Shown here one piece after another: positions 18,221-26,413 of a DNA stretch of 26,578 nucleotides. The notes under the pieces were generated by a model, which made no database searches, was not told where the DNA came from, and was given only the letters and a program-made list of their open reading frames with translations. The stretch spans positions 1 to 26,578 of the forward strand of contig CAXTKV010000048.1 in assembly GCA_964244895.1 (NCBI GenBank), given 5' to 3'. The position numbers and the translations under genes are program-made. The DNA is from an uncultured Deinococcales bacterium (GTDB lineage Bacteria; Deinococcota; Deinococci; Deinococcales; JAAFIG01). Within the stretch, counting starts at the first letter, position 1. Each line of letters opens with the position of its first letter.

Positions 18221-19113
18221 GCCTCGAGACGGCGCGACCACAGCATCTCGCTCGAGTTCCCTCGGGTGAGTCGGAATCCGCCTCCAGAAAGGCCGTCAAG
18301 CGCTTCTCGCGCAATCGACTGGCGGTCGCGGGATTGCTGCTGATCGCGGTGCTGACGCTGATGGCGGTTTTTTCGCCGCTGATTGCACCCTACGATCCGA
18401 TCAAGCAGGATTACGGCGCGCTCTCGCAGGCTCCGTCAATCGCGCACCCGTTCGGCACGGACAACCTTGGCCGGGACGTGCTTTCCAGAACGATCTACGG
18501 CGCGCGGGTCAGCCTTTCAGCGGGCGTGATCGCGGTCGGGCTGGCGACGCTGGCGGGGCTGGTGCTGGGCTTGCTGGCGGGCTTTTTCGGCGGTTGGCTG
18601 GACGAACTGATCATGCGCGTGGTGGACGCCATGCTGGCCTTTCCGTTCCTGGTGCTGGCGATCACGCTGGCGGCGGTGTTGGGGCCAAATTTGCAGAACG
18701 CGATGCTGGCGATTGCGGTGGTCAGCGCGCCCGTCTTCGCGCGCCTGGCCAGGGGGCAAGTCCTGTCGGAGCGCGAGCGCGATTACGTCCAGGCGGCGCA
18801 GGCGCTCGGCTCGAGCGACGCGCGGATCGTCTTTCGCCATTTGCTGCCCAACATCGCGGGTCCGATCATCATTCAGGCCAGCCTGTCCATCGCGGGCGCG
18901 ATCCTGGCGGAATCGTCGCTGTCGTTCCTGGGTTTGGGCGTGCAACCGCCCACGCCGAGTTGGGGCGAGATGCTCAACACCGCCCGAGGCTACCTGCGCG
19001 ACGCGCCGTGGACGGCGATTGCGCCCGGCAGCCTGATCTTCGTTTCCGTGCTGGCGTTTAATCTGCTGGGCGACGGCCTGCGCGATGCGCTCGACCCGAG
19101 GGGAAACCGTTAG
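18217..19113 (+). CDS. Dpp/Opp ABC permease (C-type)
   Basis: 298 aa with HPFGTDNLGRD, RHLLPN, LSFLGLGVQPPTPSWG and GDGLRDALDP motifs; ATGA overlap. Confidence 0.95.
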   Translation: MSLETARPQHLARVPSGESESASRKAVKRFSRNRLAVAGLLLIAVLTLMAVFSPLIAPYDPIKQDYGALSQAPSIAHPFGTDNLGRDVLSRTIYGARVSLSAGVIAVGLATLAGLVLGLLAGFFGGWLDELIMRVVDAMLAFPFLVLAITLAAVLGPNLQNAMLAIAVVSAPVFARLARGQVLSERERDYVQAAQALGSSDARIVFRHLLPNIAGPIIIQASLSIAGAILAESSLSFLGLGVQPPTPSWGEMLNTARGYLRDAPWTAIAPGSLIFVSVLAFNLLGDGLRDALDPRGNR

Positions 19114-19135
19114 ACTGCGAATGACCCGAGGCGCA

Positions 19136-19184
19136 CGGCACCGTCCAGCGCGCCATTCCAGTATTCACGTCCAGCACGGTGTTC
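19136..19184. repeat. Bipartite palindromic intergenic element (family A), copy
   Basis: CGGCACC-GTCCAGCGC-(17 nt GCCATTCCAGTATTCAC)-GTCCAGCAC-GGTGTTC. Confidence 0.8.
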
Positions 19185-19216
19185 CCGCCCGACACGGAGT
19201 GCTTGCCCGAGGAGAC

Positions 19217-20140
19217 ATGAGCCTAAACGCACCGATCACCGCCCCAAAGACCGCGCCCGCGAGCCCGAGCGCGCGCCGCGTATCGCCGCGCTGGAGACGC
19301 TTCTGGCGCGACCCGGCGGTGGTGTTCGCGCTCACTGTGATCGCTTTTTTGGTGGTGCTGGCCCTGTTCGCGCCGATCCTCGCGCCGCGCGACCCGAATA
19401 CCAACTTTAGCGCCGGCCTGACCGACGCGGGCGCACCCGTCGGGCCGGGCTCGGAATTTTTGCTCGGCACGGATTTGCTCGGGCGGGATCTGTTGTCCAG
19501 GGTGATCTGGGGTGCTCGAGTCTCGCTGTTCATCGGCCTGGTGGCCAACGGTGTCGCGGTCGTGATCGGCGTGCTGGTCGGTCTGCTGGCCGGATTCTTC
19601 GGCGGCATCGTCGGCACGTTGCTGATGCGATTTACGGACTTGATGACGGCCTTCCCCGTGCTTCTTTTGGCCATCGCGCTGACCGCGATCCTCAAGCCCA
19701 GCCTCTGGATCGTGGCGCTGGTGATCGCTGCCCTGAACTGGGTTGCGCTGGCCCGCGTCGTGTACGGGCAGGTGCTCGGGTTGCGCGAGCGCGAGTACGT
19801 GACCGCCGCCGAAAGCCTGGGCGCATCCAGGCCGCGCATCCTGTTCCGGCACGTCCTGCCGGGGCTGGTGTCCACCGCCATCGTCTGGGGCACGCTCGGG
19901 ATTTCCACGTCCGTGATGCTCGAGGCGACCCTCAGTTTCCTGGGCGTGGGCGTGCAACCGCCGACGCCATCGTGGGGCGGGATCATCAACGAATCGCAAT
20001 CGTATTTCACGTCCGCACCGTGGTTGATGGCCTTTCCGGGCTTGATGATCGTGCTGACCGCGCTGGCCTTCAACCTTCTGGGCGAGGGCTTGCGGGAAGC
20101 GCTCGATCCGACCTCGCGCTCGAGCCGGACGGGGATGTGA
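19217..20140 (+). CDS. Dpp/Opp ABC permease (C-type), third cassette
   Basis: 307 aa from ATG behind GAGGAG; LGTDLLGRD, RHVLP and LSFLGVGVQPPTPSWG motifs. Confidence 0.94.
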   Translation: MSLNAPITAPKTAPASPSARRVSPRWRRFWRDPAVVFALTVIAFLVVLALFAPILAPRDPNTNFSAGLTDAGAPVGPGSEFLLGTDLLGRDLLSRVIWGARVSLFIGLVANGVAVVIGVLVGLLAGFFGGIVGTLLMRFTDLMTAFPVLLLAIALTAILKPSLWIVALVIAALNWVALARVVYGQVLGLREREYVTAAESLGASRPRILFRHVLPGLVSTAIVWGTLGISTSVMLEATLSFLGVGVQPPTPSWGGIINESQSYFTSAPWLMAFPGLMIVLTALAFNLLGEGLREALDPTSRSSRTGM

Positions 20141-20195
20141 TGGTGCGCTTCGGGGTGGACTCGAGAAATCGTGTGCCCGTGTCGCATCGCGGGGA

Positions 20196-20220
20196 GGGCG
20201 CACACGAGCTTCGCCCCTAC
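20196..20220 (-). repeat. GTAG-type REP-like hairpin (family B)
   Basis: Minus strand GTAGGGGCGAAGCTCGTGTGCGCCC: GTAG tetranucleotide followed by a GGGCG...CGCCC palindrome. Confidence 0.6.
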
Positions 20221-20262
20221 GAGCGAAATCCAGGAGCCAGTCTTCTCTTCGCCATCCGTGGA

Positions 20263-20310
20263 GAGTACCGTCTGGGACGTGATTCTCGAGATGCGTCCCG
20301 GACGGTGTTC
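20263..20310. repeat. Bipartite palindromic intergenic element (family A), copy
   Basis: GAGTACC-GTCTGGGAC-(16 nt GTGATTCTCGAGATGC)-GTCCCGGAC-GGTGTTC. Confidence 0.85.
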
Positions 20311-20336
20311 CTGGGATACTCGCCAAAGGATCAACC

Positions 20337-21254
20337 GTGAGGTTCCTGCTCGAGCGGGTCGTGCAGGGCGCGTTCGTGCTGCTCGCGGTCAGCGTCGTGA
20401 CCTTCCTGCTGGCCTTTTTGCTGCCTGCCGATCCCGCCCGGATGGTCGCCGGGCCGAGCGCGACGGTGGAAACCGTCGACAACATCCGCCACGAACTCGG
20501 GCTGGACAGGCCGTTCCTGGCGCAGTACGCGGGCTACCTGGGCAAGTTGATGCGCGGCGACCTGGGGCGTTCCTACAAACAGGGCGCGAACGTCACCGAA
20601 CTGCTGTTCTCCAGGCTGCCCGCGACGCTCTTGTTGATGCTCGGCGCGATCGTCTTCGAGCTGCTGCTCGGCCTGCCGATGGGCATCGTGGCGGCGCTCC
20701 GACCGGGCGGCTTCCTGGATCGCGGACTGATGGCCGTCGCATTCGCGGGCGTCAGTTTGCCGCAGTTCGTGCTGGGGCTGGCGCTTTTGTACTTGCTGGC
20801 CTTCAAGCTGGCGCTCTTCCCGCTCGGTGGCTACGGCACCCTGGCGCACCTGATCCTGCCCGCCTTGACGCTCGGCGTGGGCGGTGCGGGCTGGTACGCG
20901 CGGATCGTGCGCTCCGAAATGCTCGAGGTGCTGGGACAGGATTACATCCGCACCGCCGCCGCCAAGGGCGTGCAGCGCTCCGCGCTGATCGGCAAGCACG
21001 CGCTGCGGAACGCGCTGTTGCCCGTGATCGGCATGGTCGGTTCCGACATCGGCGTGTTCATGGGCGGCGCGGTCGTGGTCGAAAGCGTCTTCGGCTGGCC
21101 CGGCGTGGGCAAATTGGTCTGGGATGCGATTCGCGTCGTGGACATCCCCGTGATTCTGGGCGTGATTCAGCTTTCAGCCGTGATGATCGTGGCGGGCAAT
21201 TTGATGGCTGACCTGGCGTACCCGCTGGCCGATCCTCGCGTCAGGTTCTCATGA
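20337..21254 (+). CDS. Dpp/Opp ABC permease (B-type), third cassette
   Basis: 305 aa; GTG behind AAGGA; LPADPA, GDLGRS, DYIRTAAAKG and VESVFGWPGVG motifs. Confidence 0.95.
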   Translation: MRFLLERVVQGAFVLLAVSVVTFLLAFLLPADPARMVAGPSATVETVDNIRHELGLDRPFLAQYAGYLGKLMRGDLGRSYKQGANVTELLFSRLPATLLLMLGAIVFELLLGLPMGIVAALRPGGFLDRGLMAVAFAGVSLPQFVLGLALLYLLAFKLALFPLGGYGTLAHLILPALTLGVGGAGWYARIVRSEMLEVLGQDYIRTAAAKGVQRSALIGKHALRNALLPVIGMVGSDIGVFMGGAVVVESVFGWPGVGKLVWDAIRVVDIPVILGVIQLSAVMIVAGNLMADLAYPLADPRVRFS

Positions 21255-21553
21255 AGACTGTTTCAGACACGCATTTTGGCCTTTCGAGAAATACCGTGTG
21301 GGACAATCTTTTCGGTTCGGGGAATTGGAAGAGGCTCGAGAATGGTCGTGAAGCGCGCTGAATATCGAGTGATCGTTCGCCCCCGAGGGCGAACACGTCA
21401 CGCCCGTGTGTGCTAGCGCACGACGTTCCCGCTGCGCAAACGAGCTGCGCTCGAGCGATGATGCAAACGCGATCCCTACTCACTTCTGATCAAGACACGC
21501 AATCGACACTCGAGCAGTTCGTTCCGGGCGCGATTCGCCCACAGGAGGGTTCA

Positions 21554-23197
21554 ATGGAGAAGGTCGGTAAACGCAGTTCTCGAGCCTGGATGCTCGCGCT
21601 GGCACTCGGCACGGTGGGATTGGGTGCGGCGCTGATGCTCTCGCAATCCTCGAGCGCGCAGACGGCAGCCAAGAGCATGGTCGTGACCTACAAAGACGAC
21701 ATCGCCACCCTCGACCCTCAGGTCGGTTACGACTGGCAGAACTGGCCCGCCATCAAGATGGTCTTCGAGGCGCTCTTGGATTACAAGCCCGGCACGACCA
21801 CCCTGGAGCCGCGCATCGCCGCCGCCATGCCCACAATCACGGACGGTGGCAAGACGTACACCTTCAAGATTCGATCCGGCATCAAGTTCACCAACGGTCG
21901 CGCCCTGGAAGCGTCCGACGTGAAGTACACCTTAGAGCGCGTGCTCGATCCCAAAACGAAATCTCCCGGCGCGGGTTTTTTCGTGGACATCGCGGGATCG
22001 GACGCCTGGAGTACCGGAAAGGCCAAGGAACTGACCGGCGTCAAGGTGCTGGACAAATCCACCGTGCGCATCACGCTCTCGCAGCCGAACGCGGCCTTCC
22101 TGAACGTGCTCGGCATGAACTTCGCGTTCATCGTGCCCAAAGAAGAAGTCATTAAGGCGGGCGAGGATTGGGGCCGCAAGCCCGTCGGATCGGGGCCGTT
22201 CAAGCTCGAGAGCTGGACTTCGGGCCAGGAACTGGTGTTCGTCAAAAACCCGGATTACTTCATTCAGGGCATGCCGAAGCTCGATAGGGTGACCGTCCGT
22301 GTCGGTCAGGACCCGAGCGTGGCCTTCCTGGCGCTTCAACGCGGCGAGGTCGATTTGCTGGGTGACGGCATCCCGCCCGCGCAGTTCCTGCAAGCGCAAT
22401 CGGATGCGAAACTCAAACCGCTCGTCTCGAGCACCGCGCTGGCCAACACGACCTACATCTCGATCAACACGCAGATCAAACCGTTCAACGACCTGCGCGT
22501 GCGTCAGGCTTTGAATTACGCGATCGACAAGAAGAAGGTGCTGAAGCTGATCAACGGTCGCGGCCTGGTCGCCACGCAGGTCTTGCCGCCCAACATGCCG
22601 GGCTTCGACTCGAGCTACGCGGGCTACAGCTACAGCCCCGAAAAAGCCAAAGCGCTGCTCAAGGCCGCCGGGCAGGGCAACGGCTTCAGCACGGTGCTCT
22701 ACACCAACTCCACCGACCCCAACCCGCGCATCGCGGCGAGCGTCCAGCAGGATCTGGCCGCCGTCGGGATCAAGGCCGAGATCAAATCGCAGGCTGCCAG
22801 CACCGTGATTGAAGCCGCGGGCACGCCCAAAACCGCCGCGCTGGTCTGGTCTGGCGGCATGGCCTGGACGCAGGATTACCCCGACCCGTCGGATTTCTAC
22901 TGGCCGATTCTGTCCTGCCGCAGCGCCGTTCAGGGCGGCTGGAACTGGCCGTTCACCTGCGATAAAGCCCTCGACGCGATGGCCAGCAAAGCCGACCAGA
23001 TGACCAAACCCGAGCAGCGCACCGCGCGCTTGACGGCCTACAAGGCGGTCTTCAAGAAGATCATGGACAACGCCGCCTGGGTTCCGATGTTCAACGAGGT
23101 GCGCTACACGATTCACAGCGAGCGCCTGATCGGCGCACCGACCGACCTGATCGACCCGATTCACAACATCGCCTACGAACGACTCGACACGAAGTGA
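21554..23197 (+). CDS. Dpp/Opp-family solute-binding protein 5
   Basis: 547 aa from ATG behind AGGAGG; signal peptide; TLDPQVGYDW, PVGSGPF, VRQALNYA and WTQDYPDPSDF motifs. Confidence 0.95.
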   Translation: MEKVGKRSSRAWMLALALGTVGLGAALMLSQSSSAQTAAKSMVVTYKDDIATLDPQVGYDWQNWPAIKMVFEALLDYKPGTTTLEPRIAAAMPTITDGGKTYTFKIRSGIKFTNGRALEASDVKYTLERVLDPKTKSPGAGFFVDIAGSDAWSTGKAKELTGVKVLDKSTVRITLSQPNAAFLNVLGMNFAFIVPKEEVIKAGEDWGRKPVGSGPFKLESWTSGQELVFVKNPDYFIQGMPKLDRVTVRVGQDPSVAFLALQRGEVDLLGDGIPPAQFLQAQSDAKLKPLVSSTALANTTYISINTQIKPFNDLRVRQALNYAIDKKKVLKLINGRGLVATQVLPPNMPGFDSSYAGYSYSPEKAKALLKAAGQGNGFSTVLYTNSTDPNPRIAASVQQDLAAVGIKAEIKSQAASTVIEAAGTPKTAALVWSGGMAWTQDYPDPSDFYWPILSCRSAVQGGWNWPFTCDKALDAMASKADQMTKPEQRTARLTAYKAVFKKIMDNAAWVPMFNEVRYTIHSERLIGAPTDLIDPIHNIAYERLDTK

Positions 23198-23254
23198 TCG
23201 CGCCCGAGAATGGCTGCGTTTCAGGCTGAATTCTGAGCGATCGTTGCCGAAAGA

Positions 23255-23280
23255 GGGCGAACACGGCGGTTCGCCCCCGC
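23255..23280 (-). repeat. REP-like hairpin (family B)
   Basis: Minus strand GCGGGGGCGAACCGCCGTGTTCGCCC; GGGCGAAC/GTTCGCCC stem with a decayed GTAG head. Confidence 0.55.
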
Positions 23281-23295
23281 ACGCGTCCGATCCTC

Positions 23296-23347
23296 GAGAA
23301 TACCGTCCTGGACACGAATTCAAGAACGCGTCCGGGACGGTGTTCTC
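23296..23347. repeat. Bipartite palindromic intergenic element (family A), best-preserved copy
   Basis: GAGAATACC-GTCCTGGAC-(16 nt ACGAATTCAAGAACGC)-GTCCGGGAC-GGTGTTCTC. Confidence 0.9.
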
Positions 23348-23366
23348 AACATGACAGGGGTTCCAA

Positions 23367-24302
23367 ATGGCACACCATCACGACTACAAAACGATCCACA
23401 CCCACCATTACGGCTGGGACAACACCCTCGAGCCATCCCACGTGATTTCGCCTGGTGAGACGCTCAACTTCGAGATTCTGGACGCGGGCGGCGGTCAATT
23501 CAGCCGCAAAGCCACGCTCGAAGACCTGAAAGCGCTCGATTTCGACAAGGTCAACCCCGTCACCGGCCCCGTCTACATCGAAGGCGCGGAACCCGGCGAT
23601 GCCCTGGAAGTCGAGTTGCTCGAGTTCCGCACGTCCGGCTGGGGCTGGACGGCCAACATTCCGGGTTTCGGGCTGCTGGCCGATCAGTTCCTGGAACCGC
23701 ACCTGATCATCTCTGAGCACGATGCGAGCGCCGCCAACTTCCTGCCTGGGTTGGCGCACGTCCCGATCAAACCCTTCACCGGCGTGATCGGCGTCGCGCC
23801 GTCCGAAATGGGTCATCACAGCGTCGTGCCGCCGCGCCGCGTCGGGGGCAACCTGGATATCCGCGATTTGTCGGCGGGTTCCAAGCTGTACCTGCCCGTC
23901 GAGATCGCGGGCGCGCTCTTTTCCGTCGGGGACACGCACGCCGCCCAGGGCGACGGCGAGGTCTGCGGTACGGCCATCGAAAGCCCGATGGAGATCACGC
24001 TCGGGTTTAACCTGATTAAAAAAGCCAACTTCCGCTACCCGCGCTTCAGCACGCCCGGCCCGGTCACGCGCCACAACGACGAGAAGGGCTATTACTGCAC
24101 CACCGGGGTCGGGCCAGACCTGCTCCAGGCGGCCCGTGACGCCACGATGGAAATGATCGATCACCTGACCCGCACGTACAAATTGCAACCCGTGGACGCG
24201 TACTGCCTGTGCAGCGTCGCGGTCGATCTGAAAATTTCAGAGATCGTGGATCAACCCAATTGGGTCGTGAGCGCCTACCTGCCGCGCGCCATTTTCGTCT
24301 GA
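23367..24302 (+). CDS. Acetamidase/formamidase (FmdA/AmdA) family protein
   Basis: 311 aa with NPVTGPVYIEGAEPGD, GGNLD, LYLPV and GDTHAAQGDGEVCGTAIE motifs. Confidence 0.95.
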   Translation: MAHHHDYKTIHTHHYGWDNTLEPSHVISPGETLNFEILDAGGGQFSRKATLEDLKALDFDKVNPVTGPVYIEGAEPGDALEVELLEFRTSGWGWTANIPGFGLLADQFLEPHLIISEHDASAANFLPGLAHVPIKPFTGVIGVAPSEMGHHSVVPPRRVGGNLDIRDLSAGSKLYLPVEIAGALFSVGDTHAAQGDGEVCGTAIESPMEITLGFNLIKKANFRYPRFSTPGPVTRHNDEKGYYCTTGVGPDLLQAARDATMEMIDHLTRTYKLQPVDAYCLCSVAVDLKISEIVDQPNWVVSAYLPRAIFV

Positions 24303-24324
24303 GGCACGGACGCGCTCGAGAATA

Positions 24325-24454
24325 GACCTCTTGCGAAAGTCAGTTTCGAGAACGTGTTGACGCGAGGGCAACCATAAAGGTTGCCCCTGCAGGACACGGT
24401 TTTGTAGAGGTAGGCTTCCCTCGGGATGTGTTCAATCACTTTCGCAGGAGGTTC
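24325..24454. mobile_element. Putative ~130-bp MITE-like element
   Basis: Terminal inverted repeats ACCTCTTGCGAAAGT (24326-24340) and ACTTTCGCAGGAGGT (24438-24452), 14/15 match. AATA on both flanks is a possible target duplication. No credible internal ORF. Confidence 0.5.
24366..24390 (-). repeat. REP-like hairpin (family B) inside the MITE-like element
   Basis: Minus strand GCAGGGGCAACCTTTATGGTTGCCC; perfect GGGCAACC/GGTTGCCC stem. Confidence 0.6.
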
Positions 24455-24830
24455 AATACATTGTCTGGGACGGCACGCGCGGTTCTCGTTCCACCTGGGA
24501 GTTCAAGTCACCCGACTGCTCGAGGTACCGCCGCGCCTCGAACAGTCGGGTTTTCGTCTCGCCTCGCTCGAGAATCACCTCGGTGCGCCGTTTTGTGCGT
24601 CAAGACAGATCGTTCTACACGCAAATCCCGAATGTGAAGCGCATTTTGTATCGTCCTGGACGGTTATCTCGGCTCGAAAATTGGACCGGGAACCCTCGAC
24701 ACGGCGCATCTCGGGTGATCCACGCGCACATTCGGCTTTCTGGTCATGACCGTCGGGTCAGGCCCGAAAGATGTGCCAAAATCCCCTAACGTTTAGGATT
24801 CCGCAGCCCGAATCTCGAGGGGGTCGCACG

Positions 24831-26249
24831 ATGGAAGCAATCAAGTTTGGAACCGACGGCTGGCGCGACATCATCGCGGACAGCTTCACCTTCGCCAACG
24901 TGGCGCGCGCAGCCCAGGCGCACGCGCAGTACCTCAAGCGCTCCGGTGGTCAGGCTGTCGTCGTCGGCCACGACACGCGCTTTCACTCGGATCGGTTCGC
25001 GCGCGTGGCGGCGGAAGTCATGGCCGCCAACGGCCTCAAGACCTTCCTGATGAAAACCTACGCGCCGACCCCCGCGCTCTCGTTTGCCGTCAAACACCTG
25101 GGTGCGGCGGGCGGCGTGATGGTGACGGCCAGCCACAACCCGCCCAGCTACAACGGCTACAAGCTCAAGGGGCCTTACGGCGGCTCGAGCACCCCGCAGA
25201 TCGTGGCGGAAGTCGAGGCGGAACTGGGCAGGCTCGAGGACATTCCGGCTTTCGATCCGGTGCGGCACGCGATTGAACCCCTGGACATTCGCGCCGATTA
25301 CTACGTGGCTTTGGAACGCAACCTGAACATGGACGCGCTCAGGCAATTCACGGGCCGGATCTACCACGACGCGATGGGCGGTGCGGGCGCGGGCTGGATC
25401 GAAGGCTTCGCCAAAAAGTACAAGCTGCCCGTCGAAGTTCGTCCGGTGCGCGGCGTGCCGAACCCGATGTTCTTCGGGGTCAACCCGGAACCGATCCCCT
25501 CGAACCTCGAGAGCCCGATCGCGGTCATGACCGGCGAAACTGGACTGAGCTTCTGCGCGGTCACGGACGGTGACGCGGATCGGATCGGGGCGGTGCTGGC
25601 GGGCGGCGCGTACTGTAACTCGCACCAGATTTTCAGCGTGCTGCTGCGCCACCTCTACGACAAGGGCTTGCGCGGGCGCGTGGTCAAGACGGTTTCCGGC
25701 ACGCAGATCATCGACCGGCTCACGAAATCGCTCGGTCTCGAGCTGCTGGAAACCAGCGTCGGCTTCAAGTACGTCACCGACGCCTTCCTGGAGGGCGAGG
25801 CCGACCCGTCCAGGACGGTCTTGATCGGCGGCGAGGAATCGGGCGGCATCGCCAGCCTGGGGCACATCCCCGAACGCGACGGCATTTACAACGCGCTCTT
25901 GATGCTCGAGGCCGTGGCCACGACCGGGAAAAGCCTGGGCGAGTTATTTTCCGACATCGAACGCGAAGTCGGCGTGACGCACGCCTACGACCGATTGGAT
26001 TTGCACCTGGACGCCAGTTACGACAAGTCCGCGCTGATGACCCGCCTGCGCGACGGTGGCCGGATCGCAGAACGCGAAACCCAGAGCGTCAACGCTAAGG
26101 ACGGCGTCAAGTGGCTCCTGGAGCGCGACGCCTGGGTGATGTTCCGCGCGTCCGGCACGGAACCCGTGGTGCGCGTCTACTGCGAAGCCCCGACCGAAGC
26201 CGAAGTCAAACAAATTCTCGAGGCTGGTCGCCAACTGGTGACTGGGTGA
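24831..26249 (+). CDS. Phosphoglucomutase/phosphomannomutase (alpha-D-phosphohexomutase)
   Basis: 472 aa from ATG behind GAGGGGG; IKFGTDGWR, catalytic TASHNP, metal-binding DGDADR, sugar-binding GEESG and RASGTEP motifs. Confidence 0.96.
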   Translation: MEAIKFGTDGWRDIIADSFTFANVARAAQAHAQYLKRSGGQAVVVGHDTRFHSDRFARVAAEVMAANGLKTFLMKTYAPTPALSFAVKHLGAAGGVMVTASHNPPSYNGYKLKGPYGGSSTPQIVAEVEAELGRLEDIPAFDPVRHAIEPLDIRADYYVALERNLNMDALRQFTGRIYHDAMGGAGAGWIEGFAKKYKLPVEVRPVRGVPNPMFFGVNPEPIPSNLESPIAVMTGETGLSFCAVTDGDADRIGAVLAGGAYCNSHQIFSVLLRHLYDKGLRGRVVKTVSGTQIIDRLTKSLGLELLETSVGFKYVTDAFLEGEADPSRTVLIGGEESGGIASLGHIPERDGIYNALLMLEAVATTGKSLGELFSDIEREVGVTHAYDRLDLHLDASYDKSALMTRLRDGGRIAERETQSVNAKDGVKWLLERDAWVMFRASGTEPVVRVYCEAPTEAEVKQILEAGRQLVTG

Positions 26250-26269
26250 GTCGTGAACCCGTCCCTGCC

Positions 26270-26298
26270 TTGAGGCTCGAGCGCGCCTCTGCTACACT
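26270..26298 (+). promoter_or_regulatory. Sigma70-type tRNA promoter
   Basis: TTGAGG-N17-TACACT with a TG extended -10, 9 nt upstream of the mature tRNA. Confidence 0.7.
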
Positions 26299-26307
26299 TC
26301 TAGCCGC

Positions 26308-26384
26308 GCGCCCGTAGCTCAGTTGGATAGAGCGAGGCACTCCTAAGGCTTAGGCCACTGGTTCGATTCCAGTCGGGCGCACCA
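26308..26384 (+). tRNA. tRNA-Arg (anticodon CCT)
   Basis: 77 nt. Acceptor GCGCCCG/CGGGCGC, D arm GCTC-AGTTGGATA-GAGC (A20 Arg identity), anticodon loop CT-CCT-AA, T arm ACTGG-TTCGATT-CCAGT, discriminator A, encoded CCA. Confidence 0.95.
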
Positions 26385-26386
26385 GC

Positions 26387-26413
26387 AAGAACACCGTCCA
26401 GCACGGTGTTCTT
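26387..26413 (+). terminator. Monomeric family A palindrome, likely tRNA terminator
   Basis: AAGAACACCGT-CCAGC-ACGGTGTTCTT, an 11-bp perfect stem followed by TACTTT, 2 nt after the CCA. Confidence 0.7.

Noticed and set aside
5393..23323. Long minus-strand ORFs (609, 518, 359, 420, 463 aa and others) opposite the transporter genes
   Set aside because: Typical stop-poor antisense frames of GC-rich genes; no recognisable domains or RBS.
24426..24789. Short ORFs (107, 69, 68 aa) and an AGGAGG at ~24446
   Set aside because: The AGGAGG is part of the MITE-like inverted repeat; the ORFs cross repeat remnants and have atypical composition.
5387..24830. Upstream-extended starts in the ORF track (5387, 7147, 8780, 10496, 12455, 19085, 21410, 24771)
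   Set aside because: The extensions run through intergenic repeats, untranslated leaders or upstream genes; the downstream starts have clear RBSs, stop-start overlaps or signal peptides.
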